Source: an uncultured Acidobacteriota bacterium | GTDB taxonomy: Bacteria; Acidobacteriota; Thermoanaerobaculia; Multivoradales; UBA5704 | Assembly (NCBI GenBank): GCA_963700145.1 | Contig: OY969474.1 | Location: forward strand, 4,128,001-4,192,000 | DNA: 64,000 nt | Reading direction: 5' to 3' | Shown here: in pieces, positions 10,570 to 21,625 of the stretch | How positions within the stretch are numbered: position 1 is the first letter of the stretch | Layout: every line of letters starts with the position of its first letter | The notes under the pieces: model-generated | Database searches by the model: none | The model's input: only the letters and a program-made list of their open reading frames with translations | Told to the model about the DNA's origin: nothing | Program-made: the position numbers and the translations under genes

Positions 10570-10609
10570 CAGGGGCGCCGCTCTCTCGCGAGCGGCGCCC
10601 CTGCGTTTT
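10570..10609. terminator. Intrinsic terminator between convergent genes
   Basis: 14-bp stem CAGGGGCGCCGCTC/GAGCGGCGCCCCTG followed by a short T tract. Confidence 0.7.
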
Positions 10610-10617
10610 CCCGCTCC

Positions 10618-13323
10618 CTACTCGCCCAGCGACTCGATCCAGTCCTCCAGCGCGCCGGTCGAGCAGCCGTGCTTGCCGTGCCCCTTGCCGAGGCCCAGCG
10701 CGGCGATGATCTGCTCGCAGGAGCAGCCGGCGGTCTGCTGCAGGGTGAAGGGCGTCGGCGAGCCGCCCGGGGTGTCGAACGTGGTGTCGCCATCGAGCAG
10801 CACCCAGTGGTTCGGCTTGAGGCCGGCGGAGGGCGCCGTCTCGGGGATGGCCGTGCCCAGGCACGCGTCGTCGCAGGCGTCGGCCAGGCCGTCGCCGTCG
10901 GCGTCCGCCTGGTCGGGGTTGGGGGTCGTCGGGCAGTTGTCGCAGGCGTCGCCCACCCCGTCGCCGTCGGCGTCGGCCTGGTCCGGATTGGGCGTCGTCG
11001 GGCAGTTGTCGGCGTCGTCGGGGTCGCCGTCGGCGTCGAAGTCGCTCATCACGAAGAGCACGAGGCCGTCGTGGTCCGCCGAGCGCAGCGGCGTCGAGGC
11101 GTCGGAGTCGAAGGAGAAGGGCGCGTCGGCGTTGCCGCGCGAGTGCTCGGCGCCGCGCATGAAGTCGTCCAGCCCCTGCGAGGTGACGCCGTGGTCGAGC
11201 GCCTGGGCGCTGCCGTCGAAGACGAAGGAGTAGCGCTGGTCGGGCGTCTCGGAGAAGGTCTGGTTCGTCAGGTCGGGGTTGACCTCGTCGGTGGCGGGGA
11301 TCATCGCCCCGGCCGGGTCGGGGTTGCCGGTCACCTGCCCCATGACGTCCACGTAGCCGTCGGTGAACTCGAAGGCGTTGAAGTCGCCGATGGCGATCAG
11401 GCGCAGGCCCGGCGTGGCGGTCTGGAGGGTCTGGATGAACTGCGACAGGCGCAGCGCCTGCTGGTGTCGCTTCTCGCGCACCCGCGGGCCGTCCGCCGGG
11501 TCCTCGATGCCGCCGAGCGAGCGCTGATGGACGGCGATGACCGTCAGCGGGAACGCCGCGCCGTTGGCGGTGTAAGAGCCTTCCAGCACCAGCGGCGGCC
11601 GGTCGTTGAGGAGGAAGGTCTGGCTGTTGAAGACGAAGGTGTCGCCCTTGCCGAACTGCGTCACCGAGTCGACGTCCACCGTGTCGCGGACCAGGAAGCC
11701 GACGTCGATGCAGCCGACGTCGTCCCCCTCCTCGAGGTAGGCGGTGTAGTTGAGGCTCGGGTCGTCGGTGTTGAGCTTCGCCGCCAGCGTCTGGAGGGTG
11801 CCGAGGTTCTCGATCTCGGAGACCGCCAGGACATCCGGGGAGCCGAGCACGTCACGGATCTGGAGCGAGAACTTGTTCAGGCGGCTGGCGAACGCGGCCG
11901 GCGTGGGCGTGACGTCCGCGCAGCTCGGGTCCTCCGTGAGATCGAAGAGGCGGAAGAGGTTCTGGCTCCCCACCGTCAGCTCGCCCGCCTCCCGCGCCCG
12001 CACCGGGGCCGGCGTGATGGTGCCCACCACGCTCAGCTCCGTCGGCCAGATCTGGTAGTCGCTGAAGGAGAAGGCGAGCGGCCCCTCGGCCTCGACGACG
12101 ATCGCGCCGGCCGCCATCTGCAGGTCGCCGAAGAAGTCGGTGTCGATCTCGAAGATCTCGGGGTTGCCGTCCCAGACCGGCAGCAGCGGCTCGCCCGGGT
12201 AGAGGATGCCGGGCTCGCGGAAGGGGCGCGTCGCCGAGGCGACGACGGAGGCCTCGCCGAACTGGTTGGTCGGGCCGGAGACGGTGCCGTTCTCGACCCG
12301 CACCAGCATCCCTTCGAAGCGCTCCATCTCGGTCGCCGGCTGCGGCTGGCTGGGCGAGGGGACGGTGGGGCTGAAGAGGACCGGGGCGGGCAGCGGGTTG
12401 CCGTGCGAGAGCTCGGCGACCGTGACGGTGCCGTCCATCTCGGTCATGTTGAAGAACTCGGAGACCTTGGCCGTGACGTCCACCAGATCGCCGGTCTCGA
12501 CCGTCGGGGCCGAGCTGGTGAAGACGAAGATGCCGTTCGAGGTCTCGGGATCGGCGTCGGGGGTCGGGTCCTGGATGAAGAAGCCGTTGAAGACGACCGA
12601 GGTGACGACGTTGTTCTCGGTCAGGATCGTCTGCCCGACGTAGGGCGAGGCGAGGCCGTTGCCCTGGATCTCCCAGATCTCCTTCTCCGTCGGAGGGGGC
12701 ACGACGACGCAGGAGCCGACCGCGTCGCCCGGGTAGCAGCCGAGCCCGTCGAAGGTGTCGGTCGCAAAGCCGTTCCACTCGATGGACGGGTCGAAGACGT
12801 TGGTGCCGTTGGTGTCGCCGCCGGTGACCGTGGTCTTGCGCCGAAGGGTGTTGTCGGCGGTCGAGGTGACCCCCGTTCCCCACTCGGTCCCCGGGTCGAA
12901 GCCGATCTGGCCGATGACGTCGAGGATCGTCGTCCCCTTGCGCAGCACGACGGCGTCGTCCCCGTTGAACCAGCCGGAGCCCTGGGTCTGGTCGGCCACG
13001 GCGATGATCGCGGGCCCGGCCGCGGCCTGGGCGATGACGTAGACGTCGTCGTCGGCGAGGCTGGTGCCGGTGAGGTTGATCGTCAGGCCGGCGACGGCGC
13101 TGCCGTTGAAGAACATCTGGATGTTGTAGCCGCCGGCCGCGAGGTTCACCGTGGAGCCGGTGTCGTTGTAGATCTCGAGCGCCTTGTTGTTGGAGCTGCC
13201 CTCGATGTACTCGGTGAAGTAGAGGTCGGTCGCGGCGGCGGCGGGAAGCGCCGCCAGCAGGAGCAGGACGGCGGGCACAATCAGGCGCGCCAGGCGCACG
13301 AGTGGGGCGCTACGGTGGTGCAT
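10618..13323 (-). CDS. Extracellular ExeM/NucH-like nuclease (lamin-tail domain, OB fold, EEP domain, TSP3 repeats)
   Basis: FTEYIEGSSNNKALEIYN, GFFIQD..TSNGIFVF, ERFEGMLV, GDFNA, SADHDG, DNCPTTPNPDQADADGDG x2. Confidence 0.88.
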   Translation of the reverse strand: MHHRSAPLVRLARLIVPAVLLLLAALPAAAATDLYFTEYIEGSSNNKALEIYNDTGSTVNLAAGGYNIQMFFNGSAVAGLTINLTGTSLADDDVYVIAQAAAGPAIIAVADQTQGSGWFNGDDAVVLRKGTTILDVIGQIGFDPGTEWGTGVTSTADNTLRRKTTVTGGDTNGTNVFDPSIEWNGFATDTFDGLGCYPGDAVGSCVVVPPPTEKEIWEIQGNGLASPYVGQTILTENNVVTSVVFNGFFIQDPTPDADPETSNGIFVFTSSAPTVETGDLVDVTAKVSEFFNMTEMDGTVTVAELSHGNPLPAPVLFSPTVPSPSQPQPATEMERFEGMLVRVENGTVSGPTNQFGEASVVASATRPFREPGILYPGEPLLPVWDGNPEIFEIDTDFFGDLQMAAGAIVVEAEGPLAFSFSDYQIWPTELSVVGTITPAPVRAREAGELTVGSQNLFRLFDLTEDPSCADVTPTPAAFASRLNKFSLQIRDVLGSPDVLAVSEIENLGTLQTLAAKLNTDDPSLNYTAYLEEGDDVGCIDVGFLVRDTVDVDSVTQFGKGDTFVFNSQTFLLNDRPPLVLEGSYTANGAAFPLTVIAVHQRSLGGIEDPADGPRVREKRHQQALRLSQFIQTLQTATPGLRLIAIGDFNAFEFTDGYVDVMGQVTGNPDPAGAMIPATDEVNPDLTNQTFSETPDQRYSFVFDGSAQALDHGVTSQGLDDFMRGAEHSRGNADAPFSFDSDASTPLRSADHDGLVLFVMSDFDADGDPDDADNCPTTPNPDQADADGDGVGDACDNCPTTPNPDQADADGDGLADACDDACLGTAIPETAPSAGLKPNHWVLLDGDTTFDTPGGSPTPFTLQQTAGCSCEQIIAALGLGKGHGKHGCSTGALEDWIESLGE

Positions 13324-13490
13324 TCGGTCCTCCCGGGGAAGAGTCTGTGGAAATGGGGCGCAGGGATTGTACCCCGCCAGGCCGGGAGGAGGGAAGACCG
13401 GTAGGCGGAGGAGCGCTCCGCCCACCGGGATGTCACTGGGCCGTCACGGCCGGTCGCCGTTACACCCCTGTAGCTATACTCCGGCCCCGC

Positions 13491-14537
13491 ATGCGCGCGC
13501 TGATCCTGGCCGGCGGCAGCGGCACCCGCTTCTGGCCCCTGTCGCGGCGCGCCCGCCCCAAGCAGCTCCTGGCCCTCGACGGCGAGCGCTCGCTCCTCCA
13601 GGAGACGGCGGCGCGCCTGGCGCCGCTCGCCGCGCCGGCCGATCTCTGGGTCTGTACCACGCGCGAGCTGGGCGACGCGGTGCGGCGCCAGCTCCCTGAA
13701 GTTCCTCCCGAACAGGTGCTGGAGGAGCCGGTGGGCCGCAACACGGCGCCGGCCATCGCCTGGTCGGTGGCCTCGATGCCAGCCGAAGCGCGGCAGGGCG
13801 TCGTCGCCGTCCTTCCCTCCGATCATCGGATCGCCGACCCCGCCGCCTTCCGCGACGTCCTCGCCCGCGCGGCGGCGGTCGTCGAGCGCGACGACCGCGT
13901 CATGACGCTGGGCGTCAAGCCCTACCGCGTCGAGCCCGGCTTCGGCCACCTTGAGCTCGGCGAGCCGCTCACCGGCGACCCGGAGCTCCGCCGCGTCGTC
14001 CGCTTCGTCGAAAAGCCGCCGCCGGAGACCGCCGAGCAGTTCGTCCGCTCGGGCAACCATCTCTGGAACGCCGGCATGTTCGTCTTCCGCGGCGCCACGC
14101 TGCTCGAGCTGCTGGCGCGCCACCAGCCCGAGCTCGCCGCCGGCGTGGCCGAGATCGCCGCCGCCCCGGCGCGTGCCGCCGAGCTCTACCCGCGCCTGCC
14201 GGCGATCTCGATCGACTACGCGCTGATGGAGAAGCTCGACGACCTCGGCACCCTGCCGCTCGACTGCGGCTGGAGCGACCTCGGCTCCTGGGAGGCGCTC
14301 GCCGAGGTGCTGCCGCCGGACGCCGCCGGCAACGCCGCCCGCGGCGACGCCGTGGCGCTCGACGCCGCAGGCAACCTGCTGCTCGCCGACGCCGGGACGG
14401 TGGCGGTCCTCGGAGTGCGCGATCTCGTCGTGGTGCGCACCGCCGACGCAGTGCTGGTGCTGCCCAAGGAGCGCTCGCAGGAGGTGCGGCGGATCGTCGC
14501 CGAGCTGGCGGCGCGCGGCCGCGACGACCTCCTCTGA
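13491..14537 (+). CDS. manC: Mannose-1-phosphate guanylyltransferase
   Basis: LILAGGSGTRFWPLSR..PKQLL, EPVGRNTAPAI, FVEKP, WNAGMF, GWSDLGSW. Confidence 0.93.
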   Translation: MRALILAGGSGTRFWPLSRRARPKQLLALDGERSLLQETAARLAPLAAPADLWVCTTRELGDAVRRQLPEVPPEQVLEEPVGRNTAPAIAWSVASMPAEARQGVVAVLPSDHRIADPAAFRDVLARAAAVVERDDRVMTLGVKPYRVEPGFGHLELGEPLTGDPELRRVVRFVEKPPPETAEQFVRSGNHLWNAGMFVFRGATLLELLARHQPELAAGVAEIAAAPARAAELYPRLPAISIDYALMEKLDDLGTLPLDCGWSDLGSWEALAEVLPPDAAGNAARGDAVALDAAGNLLLADAGTVAVLGVRDLVVVRTADAVLVLPKERSQEVRRIVAELAARGRDDLL

Positions 14538-14556
14538 CGCGCGCCGCACGCCCGCC

Positions 14557-15210
14557 ATGGTCCCCGTCCACGTCGCGCTCCCCGCCGGGGACCGCCCCCT
14601 CGCCTCCCTCCCCGCTCCGCTGCCTCTCGACGCCCTCGTCCCCGGCGCCGGCCCCTGGGAGGTAGAGCTCGGCTTCGGCAAGGGCCGCTACCTCCTGCGC
14701 CGCGCGACCGAGGCGCCCGAGCGCCGCTTCCTCGGCGTCGAGGTGGCCGCCAAGTACCAGCAGCTCTTCGCGGCGCGCGCCCGCCGCCGCGGCCTCACCA
14801 ACTGGCTGGCGCTGCGCGGCGAGGCGCTCTACCTGCTGGCGGCGGTGCTGCCCGCCGGCTTTGCCGCCGCCGTCCACGTCTACTTCCCCGATCCCTGGCC
14901 CAAGGAGCGGCACCAGAAGCGCCGCCTCTTCGACCCGGCGACCGTCGACCTCGTGCTCGGGCTCCTCGCCTCCGGCGGCACCCTCGCCTTCGCCACCGAC
15001 TTCCTGGAGTACGGCGAGTGCGTCGCCGCGATCCTGGCCGGCGTGCCGGGCCTGACCGCGCGCCGCCTCGAGGCCTGGCCGGAGGGCCCGCGCACCAACT
15101 ACGAAGCGAAGTACGCCGCCGAGGGACGGCCGATCCTGCGGCTGGAAGCGACGCTCGCCGCGCCCGCGGCGCCCCTCCATCCGGAGGGCGCCGCGGCCGT
15201 CGTCGCCTGA
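14557..15210 (+). CDS. trmB: tRNA (guanine-N7)-methyltransferase
   Basis: VELGFGKGRY, YFPDPWPKERHQKRRL, ATD, TNYEAKY. Confidence 0.9.
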   Translation: MVPVHVALPAGDRPLASLPAPLPLDALVPGAGPWEVELGFGKGRYLLRRATEAPERRFLGVEVAAKYQQLFAARARRRGLTNWLALRGEALYLLAAVLPAGFAAAVHVYFPDPWPKERHQKRRLFDPATVDLVLGLLASGGTLAFATDFLEYGECVAAILAGVPGLTARRLEAWPEGPRTNYEAKYAAEGRPILRLEATLAAPAAPLHPEGAAAVVA

Positions 15211-15225
15211 TAACCTCACCACCCC

Positions 15226-16983
15226 GTGGACGCCCCGCTCTACCGGCGCCTCGCCTACCTCCTCCCGTTCTTCCGCCGCTACCGCCTGAAGCTCGCCGCC
15301 GGGCTCTGCGCCATCCTCTTCGCGGCGGCGCTCGGGCTGGTGACGCCGCTCCTCGTCGGTGGCGCGGTGGACACCCTGCGCGTCGAGGTCACGCGCCAGG
15401 CCCTCCTGCGCTACGCCGGCCTGCTGCTCCTCGTCTCGGCCCTCCAGGGGGTCTTCAGCTACGCGCAGCGGATGCTCCTGGTGACGATGAGCCGCGACGT
15501 CGAGTACGACCTCCGCAACCTCTATTTCACGAGCCTCGAGCGGCAGGCGCCGGCCTACTTCCAGGAGCACCCGACCGGCGACCTCATGGCGCGCGCCACC
15601 AACGACCTGCAGGCGGTGCGCATGCTCTGCGGCCCGGCGATCATGTACGCCGCCAACACGCTCTTCACCGCCACCGGCGCGCTCTTCTTCATGACCCGCA
15701 TCAACTGGCGGCTGACGCTGGTGGCGCTCCTCGCCATGCCGCTCCTCGCCGTCGTCACCAAGGTCTTCGGCGAGCGCATCCACTCGACGTTCGAGCAGGT
15801 GCAAGGGCGCTTCTCCGACCTCTCGGCGCGCGTGCAGGAGAGCCTGGCGGGCGTGCGCGTGGTGCGCGCCTATGCCCGCGAGCGGGCCGAGGAGGCCGAC
15901 TTCGCCCGCGCCAACGAGGAGTACGTCGAGCGCAACCGCCAGCTCATCGCCTGGTCGGCCGCCTTCCACCCGGCGATCCAGGGCCTGGTCGGCGTCGGCT
16001 TCGTGGCGGTGCTCTGGTACGGCGGAATACTGGTGACGCGCGGCGCGCTGACGCTGGGCGAGTACGTGACCTTCAACTTCTTCTTGGGCAAGCTGATCTG
16101 GCCGATGATCGCGATCGGCTGGGTGGCGAACCTGGCGCAGCGCGGCAGCGCCTCGCTGGGGCGCATCCGCGAGGTGCTGGAGGCCGAGCCGGCGATCAAG
16201 GACGAGGAGCCGCTGGTCGATCCCGGCGCCATCGACGGCGCCGTCCGCTTCCTCGACCTCCACTTCAGCTACGGCGAGGGCCTGCCGCCGGCTCTCGCGG
16301 GCATCGACCTGCGGGTGGCGCCGGGCGAGCGGGTGGCGCTCGTCGGCCGCACCGGCTCGGGCAAGAGCACGCTCCTGGCGCTCCTGCCGCGGCTCCTCGA
16401 CCCGCCGCCGGGGAGCCTCTTCATCGACGGCGCCGACATCCGCCGCCTGCCGCTGGCGCGCCTGCGCGGCGCCATCGGCATGGTGCCGCAGGAGACCTTC
16501 CTCTTCTCGGCCTCGGTGCGCGACAACATCGCCTTCGGGCGGCCTGAGGCGACGGCCGAGGAGGTGCTGGAGGCCGCCGAGCTGGCCGGCCTCGGCCCCG
16601 ACCTCGCCGACTTCCCGGCCGGCCTCGACACGCTGGTGGGGGAGCGCGGGCTGACGCTGTCGGGCGGCCAGAAGCAGCGCGTGGCGCTGGCGCGCGCGCT
16701 CCTCGTCCAGCCGCGCCTGCTGCTGCTCGACGACTGCCTCTCGGCGGTGGACACGCAGACCGAGGAGCGCATCCTGCGCAACCTGCGCCGCGTCTTCCAG
16801 GGGCGGACGGTCTTCCTCGTCTCGCACCGCATCTCGACGGTCAAGGACGCCGACCAGATCCTGGTCCTCGAGCGCGGGCGGATCGTCGAGCGCGGCAGCC
16901 ACCAGCAGCTGCTCGCTCAGGGCGGCCTCTACGCCGACCTCCACCAGCGGCAGCTGCTGGAAGAAGAGCTGGCGGCGGTCTAG
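15226..16983 (+). CDS. ABC exporter, fused permease/ATPase (MdlA-like)
   Basis: [39 protein letters not shown]. Confidence 0.93.
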   Translation: MDAPLYRRLAYLLPFFRRYRLKLAAGLCAILFAAALGLVTPLLVGGAVDTLRVEVTRQALLRYAGLLLLVSALQGVFSYAQRMLLVTMSRDVEYDLRNLYFTSLERQAPAYFQEHPTGDLMARATNDLQAVRMLCGPAIMYAANTLFTATGALFFMTRINWRLTLVALLAMPLLAVVTKVFGERIHSTFEQVQGRFSDLSARVQESLAGVRVVRAYARERAEEADFARANEEYVERNRQLIAWSAAFHPAIQGLVGVGFVAVLWYGGILVTRGALTLGEYVTFNFFLGKLIWPMIAIGWVANLAQRGSASLGRIREVLEAEPAIKDEEPLVDPGAIDGAVRFLDLHFSYGEGLPPALAGIDLRVAPGERVALVGRTGSGKSTLLALLPRLLDPPPGSLFIDGADIRRLPLARLRGAIGMVPQETFLFSASVRDNIAFGRPEATAEEVLEAAELAGLGPDLADFPAGLDTLVGERGLTLSGGQKQRVALARALLVQPRLLLLDDCLSAVDTQTEERILRNLRRVFQGRTVFLVSHRISTVKDADQILVLERGRIVERGSHQQLLAQGGLYADLHQRQLLEEELAAV

Positions 16984-16991
16984 GAGGCTCC

Positions 16992-17921
16992 ATGCGGATC
17001 ATCGTCACGGGCGGGACGGGGCTCATCGGCTCGGCGCTGGCGCGCGACCTCGCGGGCTCCGGGCACGAGGTCGTGGTGCTGACGCGCGATCCGGCCAAGG
17101 CCGGCGGCCTGCCACCCGGCGTCACCGCCGCCGGCTGGGACGGCCGCACCGCCGAAGGCTGGGCGCACCTGGCGAGCGGTGCCGGCGCGATCGTCCACCT
17201 GGCGGGCGAGAACATCGGCGCCGGCCGCTGGACGGCGGAGCGGAAGCGGCGCATCCGCGACAGCCGCGTGCGCTCGGGCGAGGCGGTCCTGGCGGCGATC
17301 CGCGCGGCCGAGCCGCGGCCGGCGGTCCTGGTGCAGGCCTCCGCGGTCGGCTACTACGGCCCGCGCGGCGACGAGCCGGTGGACGAGAGCGCGCCGGCCG
17401 GCGACGACTTCCTCGCCCGCGTCTGCGTCGACTGGGAGGCCGCGACCGCCGAAGCCGAGGCGCTCGGGGTGCGGCGGCCGGTCATCCGCAGCGGCGTCGT
17501 CCTGGCGCGCGGGGGCGGCGCGCTGCCCAAGATGCTCCTCCCCTTCAAGCTCTTCGCTGGCGGGCCGGTGGGGAGCGGACGCCAGCCGCTCTCCTGGATC
17601 CACCTCGCCGACGAGGTCGGGGCGATCCACCACCTGCTCGAGCGGGACGAGGCGCTCGGCCCCTTCAACCTGACGGCGCCCGAGCCGGTCAGCAACCGGG
17701 AGTTCGCGCGCGCCGCCGGGCGGGTGATGGGGCGGCCGAGCTTCCTGCCAGCGCCGGCGCCGGCGCTCCGGCTGGCGCTCGGCGAGATGGCGGACATGCT
17801 CCTTACCGGCCAGCGGGCGGTCTCCAAGCGCCTGCTCGAGCTCGGCTACGCGTTCCGCTTTCCGCGGATCGAGGCGGCGCTCGCGGACCTTTTCGGCAAG
17901 CGCCGCCCGCACGCCGCCTGA
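16992..17921 (+). CDS. TIGR01777-family NAD-dependent epimerase/oxidoreductase
   Basis: [34 protein letters not shown]. Confidence 0.9.
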   Translation: MRIIVTGGTGLIGSALARDLAGSGHEVVVLTRDPAKAGGLPPGVTAAGWDGRTAEGWAHLASGAGAIVHLAGENIGAGRWTAERKRRIRDSRVRSGEAVLAAIRAAEPRPAVLVQASAVGYYGPRGDEPVDESAPAGDDFLARVCVDWEAATAEAEALGVRRPVIRSGVVLARGGGALPKMLLPFKLFAGGPVGSGRQPLSWIHLADEVGAIHHLLERDEALGPFNLTAPEPVSNREFARAAGRVMGRPSFLPAPAPALRLALGEMADMLLTGQRAVSKRLLELGYAFRFPRIEAALADLFGKRRPHAA

Positions 17922-17926
17922 GCCCG

Positions 17927-18310
17927 ATGGAGGCGATCCGCCAGGGGGACATCCCCGGCGTCCAGCTCCGCCGCCGGCAGCGCCTGCCTCTGCCCTGCGG
18001 CGAGGCGTGGGCATGGCTCGTCGAGCCCGAGCGCCTCGAGCGCTGGCTCCCTGCTGCGGCGGGCGAGAGCCGCCGCACCCTCGAGACCGCCCCGTCCGAT
18101 CGCGTCGTTCTCGCCTGGGAGGAGGCCGGCTGGCCGGCGCCGACGCGCGTCACGCTGCAGTTCCATCCCGCGGCCGGCGGCTGCGAGCTGGACGTCCTCC
18201 ATCAAGGCTTCGAGCGCCTGCCGCTCTCGGCCTGCCTGACCGTCTGGGAGGCCTACCGCCGCCGCTGGCGGGAAGCCCTCGAGCGGCTCGCCGCCGCCGT
18301 CGTCGCCTGA
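17927..18310 (+). CDS. SRPBCC/Aha1-like domain protein
   Basis: AWAWLVEPERLERWL ... TRVTLQF ... LDVLHQGF ... W pattern. Confidence 0.65.
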   Translation: MEAIRQGDIPGVQLRRRQRLPLPCGEAWAWLVEPERLERWLPAAAGESRRTLETAPSDRVVLAWEEAGWPAPTRVTLQFHPAAGGCELDVLHQGFERLPLSACLTVWEAYRRRWREALERLAAAVVA

Positions 18311-18342
18311 AAAACAAAGGCCCCGGTCTCGAGACCGGGGCC
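18310..18342 (-). terminator. Intrinsic terminator of the TonB receptor gene
   Basis: Perfect palindrome GGCCCCGGTCTCGAGACCGGGGCC followed on the minus strand by TTTGTTTTT. Confidence 0.8.
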
Positions 18343-18367
18343 CAGGTGGACGACGGCAGGCTGGAGT

Positions 18368-21300
18368 CTAGAAGCGGAACCCCACCGAGATGCGGTAGGT
18401 ACGGGGCACCTGCAGGTCGAGCTCGTTGGTGGACTTGCCGAAGTTCGCTCCCTTCCGCCAGTGCACGCCCTCGACGGGCTGCGTGGTGAAGGGGTTGAAC
18501 GCCGTCAGGCCGCTGCCGGCGTTGGCCGCGGTGAGCACCGTCTGGTTGACGATCTCCGAGCCGTCGTCGTCCAACACGTTGAGGACCTCGGGCTGCAGGA
18601 AGATCTCCACTTCCTTGCCGAAGGCCCCGAAGGTGAAGCCGTAGTTCAGCGACAGGTTCGTGCTGGTGATGTCGTCGGTGTGGAACTCGTCGCGGTCGGT
18701 GAAGAAGTAGGCCACCGTCGCCGGCGCGATGGCGTAGCCCGGGTTGGTGCGGAAGGTGGCCGGGATGTTCGCCGCAGCGCCGTAAGGCGAGCCGGAGCTG
18801 TAGGTCTGCAGCAGCCCGACGTTGAGCGAGTGGCGCTCGGTGCGGAAGACGTCGTAGGTGCCGAAGAGGCGCAGGCGGTGCCGCTGGTCGATCGACAGGT
18901 CGCCGTGCGGGATGTTCCAGCTGGCCTGCTTGTACTCGGGGAAGGCCAGCGCGTCGGAGCGGATCGGGCCGGAGGTGCCGATCTCCCCTTCCCAGTTCCC
19001 CTCGGCGTGCGACAGCGTATAGACGCCGCCGATGTTGAGCTTGTCGGTGAAGCGGTACTGGAACTGGGTGTGGAGGCCGTCGTACTTGCGCTCGAGGACG
19101 TCGTCATTGTTCTCGACGACCTCGAGGTTCGCCGGCCTGCCGGCCGGCGTGATGACTCTGCCGGTCTGCAGGTCGATGCGGCCGACGTAGAAGTCCTGCG
19201 CGTCGCGGTGGACGAGGTCGGCGCGGACGAGCCCCTTGCCGCCCAGCCGCTTGGTGGCGCCGACCGAGTACTCGATGGTGTGCGGCGAGTCGAGCGAGCC
19301 GCCGCCGATGATCGTGGTGCCGCCCGGGATGTCGACCGTGCGGATGACCAGCGGATCGGTCGTGTTGACGTTGCCGACCGAGTCGAACCAGTCCCACAGC
19401 ATCTGCAGCGCCGTGTCGGCCGGGATCAGCGGCTGGCCGCTTCCCGGCACGTTGATCGCCGGGCCGCGGTACCAGAAGGTGAACGCCGCCGGGTTGCCGC
19501 CGAGCGAGGTGGAGTCGCCCTGCGTGTTGGCGAGCGCCGCGACGTAGTGGCCGTAGCTGGCGTTGAACAGCCAGTCGCCGTCGCCCTTGGGGTCCCAGGT
19601 GAGGCCCAGGCGGGGGCTGACCTTGCTGTCGCTCGCCACTTCCTGCCCGGCGCCGTTGACGCCGTCGTTCTCGTCGAAGCGCACGCCGAGGTTGAAGCTC
19701 CAGCGGTCGTTGAGCCGCCAGCGGTCGTTGAGGAAGATCGAGTTGGTGGTGAAGTCGGTGCCCTGGCTGGAGACCAGGATCGGGTTGAACTGGATGATCG
19801 TGCCGCCGGCGGGCGCCGGGGGGTTCGGCCGCGGGACGAAGGTCGGGAAGAGCTGGCCGTTGGCGAGGATCGTGTTGGAGAGCAGGATGCGGAAGTCGCT
19901 CCCCGACTGATGGTTGTCGGCGGCGCGGATGTCGCTGAAGGTGTCGTAGCCGAGGACCAGGTCGTGCGAGCCGAGCGTCTCGGTGGTCAGGAAGTAGGAC
20001 GCCTTGGCCAGCAGGTTCTCGTTGTCCCGCTCCTCCGGCCGGCAGACGCCGCAGAAGGTCGGGCTGTGCCAGCGCGCCGCCGTGGGCACGTCGACGAACA
20101 GCGTCCCCAGGATCCGGTCGGTGAAGCGTGAGCCGGAGCCGATGAAGGTGAACTCGCGCTCCGAGTACTGCGCCTCGATGAAGAAGTTCTCGGTGATGAC
20201 GCCGTTGTAGTTGAGGGCGCGCAGCTCCTGCGGCGTCTCGCGGTTGTTCAGGCTCGCGAGGTCGAGGACGTTGGTGATGAAGCGGTTGCCGGCCTCGGAG
20301 TCCTCGATCTCGAGGTAGGAGGCGGTCAGCCGGTGGCCCTGGAAGGGCGAGAGCGTGAGCTTGCCTTCGTAGCGCCGCTGGTCGCGCCCCTCGGGGAAGG
20401 GGATGCCGGGGGTGGTGACCAGAGCGTTGGTCGGGCTGCGCACGTTGACCTGGCCGGTGGTCCGCGTCAGCACCCGCTCGAGGTCGCGGCCGGCGAGGAA
20501 GTACCAGGCCTTGTCGCGCCAGAGCCAGCCGCCGAGCGTGGCCTCGTAGGTCTTGTTGAGCTCGTCCGTGCGCTCCGGGTGGAGCGGGTTGCTGCTCGAA
20601 ACCCAGTCGTCGTTGGTCAGGTTGCTGCGGAACGAGCCGTGCAGCTCGTTGCCCCCCGACTTGGTGATCGTGTTGATCACGCCGCCGGCGAAGCGCCCGT
20701 ACTCGGCCGAGACCGACGAGGTCGAGGTGGTGGTCTCCTCGATCGAGTCCTCGATGAAGAGGTCGAAGGGCTGGCCGCGCAGGTTCTCGGTGACGACCAC
20801 GCCGTTGACCAGGAACAGGTTCTCGTGCGACTGGGCGCCCGAGACCGAGATGCCGCTGTCGCGCGAGGCGCCGGCGCGCGGGCCGGTGGACGACACGCCC
20901 GCGGTCAGCAGCACCGCGTCGCGGATGTCACGGTTGACCGGCAGCTTCTCGATCACCTCTTTGTAGTTGTAGGTGGTCGAGGCCTGGCCGCCGGCCGAGA
21001 TGGTCTCGTAGCTGCCGGTGACGACGATCTCCTCGGTCACCCCTTCGAGCACCATCTCCTGGTCGAGCGTCGTGGTCTGCGCCGCCGACAGCTTGACCGT
21101 CTTCTCGGCGTTGGCGAAGCCCTGCATCTCGAAGGTGATGCTGTAGTCCCCCGGCGGCAGCAGGGGGATGATGTACGAGCCGTTCTCCTCCGAGGTGGTC
21201 GAGCGAGTCCCCTGCAGCGAAGGCGACGAGACCGTCACCGTGGCGCCGGGGAGCGCCGCGTCCTCCGCGGTGGTGACCCGGCCGCGCAGCGTCGCCGTGG

Positions 21301-21376
21301 GGAGCCCCTGCCCGAAGGCAGGAAGCGCCGCCAGCAGCACGCCGGCCAGCACGAGGCAGGTTCTGGTCGGTTTCAT
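18368..21376 (-). CDS. TonB-dependent receptor with carboxypeptidase-regulatory-like N-domain (Oar-like)
   Basis: LPGATVT..LPPGDY, SAEYGRFAGGVINTITKSGGN, C-terminal aromatic F; ATG at 21376 after an AGGAG RBS. Confidence 0.9.
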   Translation of the reverse strand: MKPTRTCLVLAGVLLAALPAFGQGLPTATLRGRVTTAEDAALPGATVTVSSPSLQGTRSTTSEENGSYIIPLLPPGDYSITFEMQGFANAEKTVKLSAAQTTTLDQEMVLEGVTEEIVVTGSYETISAGGQASTTYNYKEVIEKLPVNRDIRDAVLLTAGVSSTGPRAGASRDSGISVSGAQSHENLFLVNGVVVTENLRGQPFDLFIEDSIEETTTSTSSVSAEYGRFAGGVINTITKSGGNELHGSFRSNLTNDDWVSSSNPLHPERTDELNKTYEATLGGWLWRDKAWYFLAGRDLERVLTRTTGQVNVRSPTNALVTTPGIPFPEGRDQRRYEGKLTLSPFQGHRLTASYLEIEDSEAGNRFITNVLDLASLNNRETPQELRALNYNGVITENFFIEAQYSEREFTFIGSGSRFTDRILGTLFVDVPTAARWHSPTFCGVCRPEERDNENLLAKASYFLTTETLGSHDLVLGYDTFSDIRAADNHQSGSDFRILLSNTILANGQLFPTFVPRPNPPAPAGGTIIQFNPILVSSQGTDFTTNSIFLNDRWRLNDRWSFNLGVRFDENDGVNGAGQEVASDSKVSPRLGLTWDPKGDGDWLFNASYGHYVAALANTQGDSTSLGGNPAAFTFWYRGPAINVPGSGQPLIPADTALQMLWDWFDSVGNVNTTDPLVIRTVDIPGGTTIIGGGSLDSPHTIEYSVGATKRLGGKGLVRADLVHRDAQDFYVGRIDLQTGRVITPAGRPANLEVVENNDDVLERKYDGLHTQFQYRFTDKLNIGGVYTLSHAEGNWEGEIGTSGPIRSDALAFPEYKQASWNIPHGDLSIDQRHRLRLFGTYDVFRTERHSLNVGLLQTYSSGSPYGAAANIPATFRTNPGYAIAPATVAYFFTDRDEFHTDDITSTNLSLNYGFTFGAFGKEVEIFLQPEVLNVLDDDGSEIVNQTVLTAANAGSGLTAFNPFTTQPVEGVHWRKGANFGKSTNELDLQVPRTYRISVGFRF

Positions 21377-21625
21377 TCGTGCTCCTTTCCGTATCCGTTC
21401 CTCTGAAGACATGGGGCCCTTCGACGGGGAAGGGCTTCAAAGACCGCTGGCCCGCCACGAGCGGGCGGGCTCGATTCAGCGGAAAGCACTGGCTCTCGGA
21501 GCGGCAATTCTCATGCCGCGGTGGGAGGTTGTCAACGACCCACTTAAAGATCTTGGAATCAGCGGTTTACAGGCACCGCTCGGCACCCTCGTTCAAGTCG
21601 CCGGATTCAGCAGCTTGGACGACCC

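Noticed and set aside
10880-11040. Direct DNA repeats near the nuclease gene's 3' end
   Set aside because: Explained by coding thrombospondin type-3 Ca-binding repeats.
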